This document shows, piece after piece, positions 40,901 to 48,195 of a stretch of 64,000 nucleotides of DNA. Position numbers and translations under genes: made by a program. The stretch's first letter is position 1. Each line of letters opens with the position of its first letter. This stretch comes from a virus. A model generated the notes under the pieces. The model was not told the origin of the DNA and searched no databases. It was given only the letters and a program-made list of their open reading frames with translations. The DNA is taken from positions 1 to 64,000 of IMG/VR virus record IMGVR_UViG_3300045009_000924, one strand, 5' to 3'.

Positions 40901-43900
40901 ATGATGATGATGATGGGGAACCAACTGTTGATGAAGACAACATTGCCGGCAAGGATGATGAACAAAATGAGGATGAAACCTCTTATGTCAACTCTGGCAG
41001 GGTGAGCTCCGGAAGAGAAAATAACATAGTGGCAGTGTTGGGCAACCGGCCACGACGAGGAGTTCTCTCTCGGGAAGCTCAAAAAATTTGGGATACAAAC
41101 TTCCCCGAGCAATTGAATAAAATAATAAAAAATAACAATAAAAATGATGTATTGTCCCTTTATTCAGATACAACAAAATCAGAAATATCAAAAATATATA
41201 GAGGAAAAAATCGCTCATCGACTTTTTCGGAGAACCCGGATTTGGGGTTGGACCCAGACCACGAAGAGACGGAGTTTGATTTCTTCAATGTAAACCAAAA
41301 AGATTTTGAAAAAGCAAACAAGTTAATTAATCGGGTCGGCAAAGTATCAAATGTTGTCTGGGCACTGAAAAATTCAAACGATAAAAATTCAAGTCCCAAA
41401 ACACAGCTGGCTGCGAAAAAAATACTCAATGATGCACGGTATGACCGACTTTCATCTGGCAGGGCCGACAGAAGAGTAATTAAGAGTCTTGACGACGTCA
41501 AACAAAACATGAAGTATGACCACAGCAGGGCTGCGGATTACAAAATGACGGACGAGCAAATAAATATATCCGATGCAGTAATGACAGGGGACAACATTGT
41601 TGTTCGAGCCCTTGCGGGAACTGGAAAAACCTCAACCTTGCTGTCGACCGCAAAACGATTGCTTGACCAAGAGCCAGACAAGAGAATTGTCTATTTGACG
41701 TTTACAAGAAAAATGGCAGAAGAAGCAAGAAAAAAATTTAAAGATTACCCCAATGTTGAAGTTAGAACTTGGGACTCCGTTGGATTTGGAATTATTGGAA
41801 CAAACGAAAAACTTGCACGAAAAACAAATTCACAAAATCCAGGAATAATCGGCGTCGGAAATAATGAAGATGTTGCTAACCATTACGGATTTCAGGATGA
41901 TTTTGAACAAATTCAAGTAAAAAACAAACAGGGAGATTTGGTTCCAGAAACTGTTGGCTTAACCAGAAGACAAAGAGCTGCACTAATGGCAAGAGCGGCA
42001 ACAGAATTTTCAACTGGAAAAAATCAAAAAACTAACAGACCCTATACGGAAATGAACAAATCTCTAATTGGAATCGCTGCTTCTAAAATGGGGATAAATA
42101 GACTCAGTGACAGACAAATCGAAGAACTCGTCCGTCAAGCTCAAAAATTTTGGAACGATTCATTCGATGAAAATAGTCCACTGGAAATGTCAAGAAGTTA
42201 TATTTTGAAAAAATGGTCATTAACAAACCCCGACCTTGGCACTGGCGCTGGTATGAAAAAAAATGTTGATGGCAATGACATAATTTTCTTCGATGAAGCA
42301 CAAGATGCCAATCCGGTGATGACTGATGTCATTAGAAATCAAAAAATTCAATGGATAGCGGTGGGCGACAGTAATCAAGCAATTTATGAATTCAGGGGCG
42401 CCGTTGACGAATTGGAAGACCTTGAAGCTCCATATCAACTAACGCTCACAAAAACATTTAGATTTGGCAAAGAAATACAGGCTATTGCAAACAGATTTCT
42501 CAAAGCTCATGAAACAAAACTGACAAACGAAGAAGACGAAACACCAATATTCGCAAAATTGAGAATCGACGCAGCTGGTCCAGAGGGAATAATTCTCGAT
42601 TCCGAGGAAATGTTTCCCAAAGGAATTGCCGTTTCTGCAACTAGGGAAACAAAGAAAAATGGAAGTAAGGAAACACTTGCATTTTTGTCACAAACAAATG
42701 CAAAATCTTTTGAAAGAATAATTAATGAACAAGACAATGGTCGAAAAACAGGGTCAACAACTACATTTAAGAATGACCTGACCGGAATGATTGACCACAT
42801 GGAATGGTTGCAGGGTGGTAAGAAGACTGAAAAACCTAAGAATGTATTTCCGCCGCTGTGGAGCGTAAAAAATTGGGACGAACTTGCCAAGGCCGCAGGC
42901 CCACTTGGAGAGGGGGGAGCAACCGAGCTAGGAGGGGGAGCACCGGAAGAATCAGTTGAAAATGTCGACGTAAGTCAACAGGCACTTACCGCTTACAGAT
43001 TATTTGCTAAATATAACTTTAACTGGTCAAAAATGAGACAACATGTAGCAAATATACAAACACTTGATGGCGGAGATGTAATAAGTAGAAAGATAACTGC
43101 TGCAGATTTGCTCGATGAATTTGAACCAGTGGAAATTGTTGATGGCGGAGTTTTGTCGGCAAGCTGGAACCCACGAACAAAACAAATTGTTTTGAAAAAC
43201 GAGGGGGGAGATTGGGGGCAATTCACTGCTTACAAAGACCTATTGATAAAAGGCAAATACAAATTTACCTGGGGGGACCCAGCCGGTAAATACGGCAGAA
43301 AAACAGAACAACCAGGATGGCACCTGGAAGTTCCCAATGTTGATGCTGCTGCTTCAACTCTCAATAATCTTGCTAAAGATATTGAAATTGGTATACCGGG
43401 TGGTGATTCTCCGGAGTTTTCTTCACTTCAAACTTTTTCCCCCATTGTTGAGGGGAGCGGGAGCATACCCAATTATTTGAGCGGCGCGAAATACATCGAT
43501 GATAAAAGAAACACAAAAACAGTTAACTCCGAAATAACACTTCGTTTCAAGCGAGCAGATGGAAAATTTGTTGCCGTGGCGGATGGAAACACATTCCAAG
43601 TAAAAAACGTACTCAAGGGACAAGACCCCAAAACCAAAAAGTCAACATTTGCATGGTCGTCAAAAGATAAACCCCAATTTGGCGAACCAAATAAATGGGT
43701 TACCTCAGCAGACACAATTGAGGAATTGTACGAAAAACTTGAAAACCTCCGAAAAGTTAATAATTTAAGCGGTGGTTCCTCCTTCTTGCTGCAACCAACA
43801 CCATTGCAGGGGGCGGCGAAGAATAGTGTTGACATAGTTGCGCAAACAGCACATAGGTCCAAAGGACTGGAATTCGACAATGTTATTTTGGCGGGTGATT

Positions 43901-46368
43901 TCAAGGCACCGAAATGGGAGGAACTAGCTGAGGAATTAATAGTAAAAATGCAAAAAGATGGAAGAGTTATATCTAAAGAAGACATTGGTTCTCTTAAGGA
44001 ATTTTTGGAACTTCTTACACCCAAAGAGAGAGAAGAATTTAAGAAAAAGATAATTAAATCGATGGGAGCTGAAGAAATTCGATTGCAATATGTTGCCGCA
44101 ACAAGGGCAATGCGAAGACTTGTTCCGGGTTCACTTTCATGGATATTCGACGTCACCGACAATGAGGACGAAGAATTTAAAAAAGTGGACATTTCGAAAC
44201 CAAAGACACCAACAAGAAGAGCGGAAAGAAGAAATAGAAACACACAAGAGGGGGATGACAGGGTCTCGTCTGGCAGAGACCGAGACGAATCTGAAATTGA
44301 CCCCGATTATCCAATCGCAACAGAGGAAGAGCGTAGACAGAACGAATATGAAATGGGCCTGGATAATGAGGTAGACGAAAGAATTAGAGAAGGAGACAAA
44401 AAGAGCAGGAGACAGATAGAAAAGGAAATAAACCAAAGAGACGTAGATGCTGGAGATGAACAGGCAAAAGTAAAACAAAGAGAAATTATCGATAGAGATA
44501 AAAGATTGCAAAGTTCTGAAATTGACCCCGATTATCCAATCGCAACAGAGGAAGAGCGTAGACAGAACGAATATGAAATGGGCCTGGATAATGAGGTAGA
44601 CGAAAGAATTAGAGAAGGAGACAAAAAGAGCAGGAGACAGATAGAAAAGGAAATAAACCAAAGAGACGTAGATGCTGGAGATGAACAGGCAAAAGTAAAA
44701 CAAAGACAAATTATCGATAGAGATAAAAGATTGCAAAGTGGCGCTGACCAAACGACAGAAGAGGGAAGGCTGGCAAGAAGAAACAGAAAAAACAATAATA
44801 TTGACGATTCTGGCGATGGGCGAATCAGCAGTGGCCGCGACACGGTGTCTGCTCGAATCGTAGAAAAAATGCACGGCTTTAGTGCTGACAATGATGAAAA
44901 TGAATCGGCGAGACGCGCATGGGAGAGAATAAAAGAAAAAGGTTGGTTGATTGACCCATCGGGTGTCACTGGCGAGGGAATAGACAAAAAGAAAATCGAA
45001 TCAACATCTATTGGAATGGCAAATATTGGTTCGAGAATAGCCGCCAGAAACAGAAAAATAAAAATTGGTGACATATCAAAAAATAATCCTGATTCAGCAA
45101 ATCAAGAAACATGGATGCTTCCTGTTGAAAAACTTAAAAAAATGATACGAATACCCACCAAATGGGACCCCGAAACTGGCGACGTAATTGAAAGACGGGA
45201 ATTAAGTAGCGCAGAATTGGGGACAATGCTCAATTTGACTATTAGCGAATCCAGAAAATTAAATTCACCCAATGCGGGATTGTCGTTTAATGATGTCATG
45301 TATTTGATTGCAGAAATCGGAAACGAGCCAAGATTTGATTCATGGAGACTTTTCTCGCCGACAACTCTTGATGAATCTGGAGTTTCCGAATCAGACTATA
45401 TGCAGAGAGCTATAGATAATTTAGGAAGAGCAAAACTTAGGGAGAGATTTGTTCTGGAAACATTTGGCAAAGATGCATTCCCCATGTACATCGGGAGAAA
45501 CGAAAAAAATAGGATATCCCAATCCGAATATGAAAAAATGGACTCTGATAAAAGATTTGAATATGGTGGAATTTTTAAAGATGATGGTTCTTCGGAAGAT
45601 GCAAATACGGAATTGATGTATGAAGGAATGCGGTCTGATTCCCCAATTCCATTCACGCAAAATATAAATAAAACAAATACGACAACGCCAATTTCTCCCG
45701 TTTCTTCAAATGCAAAAACAATGAGAGCAGAATTCAGATTGAGCGAATTATTGGCAGCTCTGGGAATATCGGGAGAAGAAACAATTGCCGAAAAAGATAA
45801 AAAATTAAATTCATTTCTTAGCAGAAGTTCAATAGGTGAACAATCGAGAAAAACTATTGGAAGATGGGAAGCGATGGGTGTTCCCACTTCCGTTATTTCC
45901 GAAATGATTAAATCCGGGATTATAAAAGACGCAGCATCAGTGTTTAAAAATACCGATGTCGGAAGAAGGCTTGACATGGAATTGTCGAGACCAAAATATT
46001 CAGTTTATGAAGCGTTGCTTAATTTTATTAAAGAAACACAAGGTAGTTCGCCAAAAAATACAAGAAAAACAGTTTCCGACATACTTGACGCAACTGATGC
46101 TTACAACTACCTTCCGCAAATAGCAAAAGCCAAAGGTTCGATGCCATATTCTGCAAACGTCGGCGATATTCCCAGGTACTCAGATTCCGAATTGCAGCAA
46201 ATAGTAAATCGTTTCAATAATATTTTTGGAACCCAACACACAATTGATGATATTTTTAGCGACGAGCAAATTCGGCAGGCAAGAGAGAGAATAGAAAAAG
46301 ATGGAATTCATACGCCAATCGGCAAACCGAATGTAAGAACAAAACTAAAAAATGAAAATAATGAGTAA
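31957..46368 (+). CDS. Giant polyvalent head protein: HK97-type prohead protease, HiPIP-like, sigma70-R4-like HTH, ArdC-N/zincin, two SF1 (UvrD-like) helicases and unknown domains, punctuated by RLSSG motifs
   Basis: Protease (DSVGD..GAF, WGHN, WSIGY, LYEVSPV..GAN); HEITH..GH...EELIAE; two sets of AGTGKT/DEAQD/GD..Q/FRFG/KGLE/VA.TRA motifs. Confidence 0.9.
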   Translation: MQEKFQYKSSHIATLGPKSSSLNLDEAQGIVECFVAGIGNKDSVGDIVAAGAFTKSLQRRKPRVVWGHNWNDPIGKVLEIYEVQSSDPRLPMKMKVAGIGGLFAKVQFNLNSEKGREAFANVAFFGEEQEWSIGYKTLRAQFDQKSQANVIFELELYEVSPVLHGANQLTGTISVKNDMLAEQQTTPAGISVVLPGEQSIDREEIQKQLCNMYGSKIHVVDADAETVTFVKPGEKGGYEKYKCHWIRNGGTFMFGNPQRVFTPQELPQQPQVVISPPSPHIHPAQPQRIVRPQQMPAIPVAIKPNPIGPGTVMVPLPKIEYEGDSPQIDKNNLDKEEAELRDALLKIVKRHGKFNEDGTGVWAGYYPPEKNPVAGIGVKCANCVLYNGGSSCKIISLPVHPEGKCRFAVIPNGVVKGYESDKKAAEKFEDDEREDYLIEMEAKYPGELLLAGLRGAVGRLRKKKRKKKYKDLAEFNEDEIDEKGYCIGIDPEDAFAVKQILDPIFDYYKAETFVDVDGIVIQSGISYDLIEAVDNALENNEIKKKLLVESGVQVKNLGRRIASYGAARLIDRPNLGGRSRRGGKRGFGVPEGDLNPDTRVDKNRNGLLFDGFPGWEQPDPTPYGPGSMYNTDVTPEQRIDSGKIGTEGKPIGGDGAVTDLVKRPEDKPQLRSGPARPTDENFVQPLDEKPKPQKPKSNEQRRIKSGRNLARHGLGREHEQKFGVSRDEKQRREDFDKIVQNWIDSGFNWEQSPRSSSDKKVSENYLRGKEMGRNQARVAWRGTNRGSGKRPEGFNEKNKSSKEYADWFFMYAGHLGNFARALDSKKIKNREEYDKGIKKGISEHFADKLPDTSSWDIDKTKKYNNWLNEFGYETNVSDGRLSSGDLRERTARGGQTKIEGLDGGFDPDNPFGDENMPYDLGFDVYDKIIEEFLGEETPKKFRPKQDEPQAWSDEEIYRRRMSGATLQEVADILGWSRQEVRQAEQRHMYFLRSGKKIERPKRLNKLRKRRKENKEKVKALKEKQKAEKEKEKTERIAKEKEEAERIAQEKLDREENRGRLSSGGNEKLDNAGPVGHVLSQVSPRRAERLSSGANLNEAELEKYYDNMKFQILSSIQEALKNPDLKFDRPWARTDNYARNPTNKRRNVAGRAYEGSGQLILSMKGFTQKYPVAKWAGAKQWKEIGGRIRKGEAPTWILAPTIKNGRRTGEFHMTAVYNIAQVEGLPQAMYKAMPDVISEEQRVQNVQNIINEIGPVVEEGNFGGAFFNNTRDTIFMPKFGQFDSAVDYYATLMHEITHWTGHESRLRRKKGKMTAPEFSDEFRQYAFEELIAEIGSSLIMGMLGITHKFRQDHGTYLKEWASQLSTDPTAIRRAMVEAQKAVNYVLNRSATLRRLGGFEPDERRSEGDLKYEIPLIEGMVDSPSVPRGGVIRGTFEQIDDDDSRLSSGKIEDFATRPHKAGKTHKIGTRGWSAIDRQNGDREVYHYSTMMGIIRGNEYFEISKGWDSTSDKQGINKILKALGQKEPRRAAELEITNRLNSGKIEDFANRPHVPSRRIKAGSGGAWSSFDLANGDREIYHYSTKMGFIRNGAFYQESDGWGSVSDKQGINKILRALGQKNAIRVQQIANLNTDDDDRFVSLPKKDENGKVIDATGRLSSGGGIINSVKNPKDKDKQIKRTEDVSFQLAHQLPNEPTQQQKDIIETAMMAITGKLRPYKNKQGRMVYPVISVQAAAGTGKTTTLKWLARTLDDLFNLEIGNEAERKEKLSFLSQRFDVDFSKMTDEQIKKTVESLKDKYGSKSLYYAVFNVKNQEEAEAVFPQNTGVATLDKLARWGVMMGAANEKFGDHIARKLTAAGARVDRARDFDDQGKPIGGAVTTLKNDGTPYQFTYVDYATGERKQTGPHPTAKLPDGSPAGQKPTLEHTGLITLETTDDFLRFLKLQPDSRNLPGSDRLPDLDGMTLAEIIRHAVERWTLSTDEKLSAKHFSYDEEDILSRQSGYNQRVATGQATLDVGYEQKLDEVGDPVFDDEGKPVMVRAKEAIGSTDFNPRFWVRVQEDPEANIPEEWLKMGQKVVENILQEFYVDEKGKKQKTLVLPSQGQIAKIFALSNPDLSEAKYMVGHAKGVTRRDAVRTSAKVGDVVDKDGNVIKDVRKLPPDFPLWIVTAIDGAGAIEKPKKGGKTPSVESSKRTATIRRVFADPLRKLNALFIDEAQDLNPTFMSVLENNRDKFPIILVGDERQSVYNFRNAVNAMELMDPDYILPLNESFRFGNRLAHQANILQAYLNLDDEELAATRGELPPRRQWVTGHHHMLVAKQFDDAIELLKKSDSLDKRDKTTLLRILSALDKEFKLSQEFTEKTKSPEYVLITDEGISAKDKIKFLEKRKASAVEESEGRIHNRFAYVLDENGQRIPELDSDGQPQRDKDHNIVYRRVGPLLPKIGETFAFLAGTNEELIQKAFEYAQLLNNEVQMETLAWIIRNPGKTPPPGLVPQITIAPKKFDDILTFLKHYAWVLDSAKGRAGKKPPKSPFIGNLWTREQIKREALRPGKTQLRTMWRILHPRNGQPMHPRRLIHLMEGGMRRTGVLGPDGRETLVFEPAVILPERKVLKIETQFHFLHAKKEKGELSIEELKNQPTTKLSNRADVTDTSLNKVTVLAGKGKGDSAQQSDIHWHLEMEQQDSSGKWKVIDGTWDHNSKKPGRWTGRVILTGQGLSGSKLRGGGQGKRRPAGYYQEDVKRITTRDPRFKKYFVYEESMGVIRRAAAAGQGETTSRNDQYAIDIKDVDGSEERLSEIIREVSQEILKAANTNGADATITTAQLFKGLEAHTIVIGEAFQNAFDEEREAFKRVGKKSPQMREMLNTVYVALTRAEKQIDIGERIAKLYFNRDSRRRAIDHINDEIAKLRKSGKPEDLTLADALEIPQNHFYGIDDDDPRRPGLPTPTSRSDDDDTRVNEEADNAEIEVDNAELEEDENIVPNKDNDDDDGEPTVDEDNIAGKDDEQNEDETSYVNSGRVSSGRENNIVAVLGNRPRRGVLSREAQKIWDTNFPEQLNKIIKNNNKNDVLSLYSDTTKSEISKIYRGKNRSSTFSENPDLGLDPDHEETEFDFFNVNQKDFEKANKLINRVGKVSNVVWALKNSNDKNSSPKTQLAAKKILNDARYDRLSSGRADRRVIKSLDDVKQNMKYDHSRAADYKMTDEQINISDAVMTGDNIVVRALAGTGKTSTLLSTAKRLLDQEPDKRIVYLTFTRKMAEEARKKFKDYPNVEVRTWDSVGFGIIGTNEKLARKTNSQNPGIIGVGNNEDVANHYGFQDDFEQIQVKNKQGDLVPETVGLTRRQRAALMARAATEFSTGKNQKTNRPYTEMNKSLIGIAASKMGINRLSDRQIEELVRQAQKFWNDSFDENSPLEMSRSYILKKWSLTNPDLGTGAGMKKNVDGNDIIFFDEAQDANPVMTDVIRNQKIQWIAVGDSNQAIYEFRGAVDELEDLEAPYQLTLTKTFRFGKEIQAIANRFLKAHETKLTNEEDETPIFAKLRIDAAGPEGIILDSEEMFPKGIAVSATRETKKNGSKETLAFLSQTNAKSFERIINEQDNGRKTGSTTTFKNDLTGMIDHMEWLQGGKKTEKPKNVFPPLWSVKNWDELAKAAGPLGEGGATELGGGAPEESVENVDVSQQALTAYRLFAKYNFNWSKMRQHVANIQTLDGGDVISRKITAADLLDEFEPVEIVDGGVLSASWNPRTKQIVLKNEGGDWGQFTAYKDLLIKGKYKFTWGDPAGKYGRKTEQPGWHLEVPNVDAAASTLNNLAKDIEIGIPGGDSPEFSSLQTFSPIVEGSGSIPNYLSGAKYIDDKRNTKTVNSEITLRFKRADGKFVAVADGNTFQVKNVLKGQDPKTKKSTFAWSSKDKPQFGEPNKWVTSADTIEELYEKLENLRKVNNLSGGSSFLLQPTPLQGAAKNSVDIVAQTAHRSKGLEFDNVILAGDFKAPKWEELAEELIVKMQKDGRVISKEDIGSLKEFLELLTPKEREEFKKKIIKSMGAEEIRLQYVAATRAMRRLVPGSLSWIFDVTDNEDEEFKKVDISKPKTPTRRAERRNRNTQEGDDRVSSGRDRDESEIDPDYPIATEEERRQNEYEMGLDNEVDERIREGDKKSRRQIEKEINQRDVDAGDEQAKVKQREIIDRDKRLQSSEIDPDYPIATEEERRQNEYEMGLDNEVDERIREGDKKSRRQIEKEINQRDVDAGDEQAKVKQRQIIDRDKRLQSGADQTTEEGRLARRNRKNNNIDDSGDGRISSGRDTVSARIVEKMHGFSADNDENESARRAWERIKEKGWLIDPSGVTGEGIDKKKIESTSIGMANIGSRIAARNRKIKIGDISKNNPDSANQETWMLPVEKLKKMIRIPTKWDPETGDVIERRELSSAELGTMLNLTISESRKLNSPNAGLSFNDVMYLIAEIGNEPRFDSWRLFSPTTLDESGVSESDYMQRAIDNLGRAKLRERFVLETFGKDAFPMYIGRNEKNRISQSEYEKMDSDKRFEYGGIFKDDGSSEDANTELMYEGMRSDSPIPFTQNINKTNTTTPISPVSSNAKTMRAEFRLSELLAALGISGEETIAEKDKKLNSFLSRSSIGEQSRKTIGRWEAMGVPTSVISEMIKSGIIKDAASVFKNTDVGRRLDMELSRPKYSVYEALLNFIKETQGSSPKNTRKTVSDILDATDAYNYLPQIAKAKGSMPYSANVGDIPRYSDSELQQIVNRFNNIFGTQHTIDDIFSDEQIRQARERIEKDGIHTPIGKPNVRTKLKNENNE
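44290..44739 (+). repeat. 225-bp near-perfect tandem duplication (2 x 75 aa)
   Basis: SEIDPDYP...RDKRLQS occurs twice; one visible substitution (E/Q). Confidence 0.95.
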
Positions 46369-46393
46369 AGAGAAGTAATAAACTTTTTAAATA

Positions 46394-46431
46394 TTGCTAA
46401 TACATGACAGTTGGTCGTGATAGGTTATAAT
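46394..46431 (+). promoter_or_regulatory. Putative promoter TTGCTA-N21-TAGGTT with overlapping TATAAT
   Basis: Intergenic; same long-spacer architecture. Confidence 0.4.
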
Positions 46432-46494
46432 TTAGAGACATTTAAATAACGGTTAATGCCAGCAACGGTATTTTCCTGCACACACAGGAGTTCT

Positions 46495-48165
46495 ATGAGC
46501 TACAGCGAAAAGGCAAATGTAAGCGTCGACGCGGACGGGAATGTACTCAAATGCGCCAAAGGCGCTAACGCTGGCGAATGCGGTTTTGTCAAGGGTGCTG
46601 CGATTTGTGCTAAATGCGGCGCAATACCAGTGGAAATGAAAATGGTGCCTGTTTCCGAAGTTGAAGAAGAAGAAATGATGGAAGAAACCGAAGGGGAAAT
46701 GCCGAAAAAAACCAGAAAGAAGAAACTTAAAAAAGAATCCGGTGCTTATGCGTCAATGGATGATGACGAGGAAGACATGGAGGGGGAGGAGATGGGCAAA
46801 AAGGAAATGGCAATGGATGATGATGATTCCGAAATGATGGAGGATGAAGTTACCGAAGAGGAAGAAGTTCCTACAAAGTCTAAAAAATCTTGGAAAAGAA
46901 CAAAAGGAAAAGCCGCCCATGCATCCATGGACGACGAAGAGGAAATGGACGAAGAGGAAATGCCATCCGAAGAGGAGGAGGAAGTCGTTGAAGAGACGGG
47001 AGAGGAAGACGAGGAAGTTGAAGTTGAAGAAGAGGTAGACGAGGAGGAAATTGAAGAAGACGAAATGAAGTCCAGTTATGCGCGTCGCCGAAAAATGGGC
47101 AAAAAAGCAGCCGTTGATATGGAGGCGGAAGACGAAGAAGAGCTCGAAGACGAAGAGGTGACGGACGAAGAAGAGGAAATGACGGACGAAGAAGAGGAAA
47201 TGGGTGAAAAATCTTTTACTCCATCAGATACTTATTGGGAAGAGGTTCGTCGCTCAAGAATAAATTCACTTGGAATCAAATCGGCAGACCTGGGTGCTTT
47301 TGGTTATTTGTGTGCTCTTGAAAGAAAGGCATATCCGGGTTCGTCTCCGGTTTGTGATGATTGCCCTGGTGGCTGCGTTGCGGAGAAGGGTCTGCCCGGC
47401 ATTCTTCACGCCGAGGGCGTGGCAGAACAAATGTTTGACGGCGTCGTCATTGACTCTGGATATTCGCCAGATGCGGATATGTTTGTCGTTGACGTACAAG
47501 GAAAAGATGGTGTAGTAAAAGAAGTCTTTGTTGACGGAACAAGTGCCGAAATAATGGGATTTCATAAACTAGACATTTCCGAATTCGAACAAAAATCGGA
47601 TTATTCAGAATACAAACTTATTGATTTTACCGAAGCCGCAGAAATAGCGATTAAATCAATTGACGGCCATGTTGTGGCTGTCGAACCGGACGTATTTGAA
47701 GGTTTTGATACATACGCTGTTGAAATTGAGGGATTTGACGGGAAATCATATGATGTTTTTGTTTCTCTTGATGGAGAGGTTCTTGGATACGACAGATACG
47801 AGCAAGATGAAGCAATTGAAATAGAAGCCGAAGCGGCAGAAATAGCGATGAAGCGTGCTTTTTCTGAAGAAAAGCGGCAAGAGTTGGCTAAATCCGGCAT
47901 GGCGTTACCGGATGGCTCTTATCCAATAGTTTCGGAAACTGACTTGAGAAATGCCATTCAAGCATTTGGTCGCGCCAAAGACAAGGAATCCGCAAAGAAG
48001 CACATAATGAAACGCGCAAGAGCGCTAAAACTCGAGAGCTTAATTCCTGCAAACTGGCTTGCTGGCGCAAGCGAGAAAAGTGAAAAAGAGGTGGATGATG
48101 CTTCATTCATGGCTTCACTTGTTGAATTCCAGCTTCTCGAAGACCAAATCGACAGCGACAATTAA
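46495..48165 (+). CDS. Acidic head-associated protein: Cys-rich N-terminus, D/E tract, two PepSY-like domains, C-terminal DUF6582-like domain
   Basis: AGGAG RBS before ATG 46495; IDFTEAAEIAIKSIDGHVVAVE...YAVEI...YDVFVSLDGEVLG (PepSY-like); ALPDGSYPI...DLRNAI.AFGR. Confidence 0.75.
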   Translation: MSYSEKANVSVDADGNVLKCAKGANAGECGFVKGAAICAKCGAIPVEMKMVPVSEVEEEEMMEETEGEMPKKTRKKKLKKESGAYASMDDDEEDMEGEEMGKKEMAMDDDDSEMMEDEVTEEEEVPTKSKKSWKRTKGKAAHASMDDEEEMDEEEMPSEEEEEVVEETGEEDEEVEVEEEVDEEEIEEDEMKSSYARRRKMGKKAAVDMEAEDEEELEDEEVTDEEEEMTDEEEEMGEKSFTPSDTYWEEVRRSRINSLGIKSADLGAFGYLCALERKAYPGSSPVCDDCPGGCVAEKGLPGILHAEGVAEQMFDGVVIDSGYSPDADMFVVDVQGKDGVVKEVFVDGTSAEIMGFHKLDISEFEQKSDYSEYKLIDFTEAAEIAIKSIDGHVVAVEPDVFEGFDTYAVEIEGFDGKSYDVFVSLDGEVLGYDRYEQDEAIEIEAEAAEIAMKRAFSEEKRQELAKSGMALPDGSYPIVSETDLRNAIQAFGRAKDKESAKKHIMKRARALKLESLIPANWLAGASEKSEKEVDDASFMASLVEFQLLEDQIDSDN

Positions 48166-48195
48166 AAAAACGTCGCCCGCATTATCGGGTGGAAA

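Noticed and set aside
36931-40998. Inteins explaining the large helicase insertions
   Set aside because: No Cys, no recognisable splicing blocks or LAGLIDADG motifs; the single HNS lacks intein context
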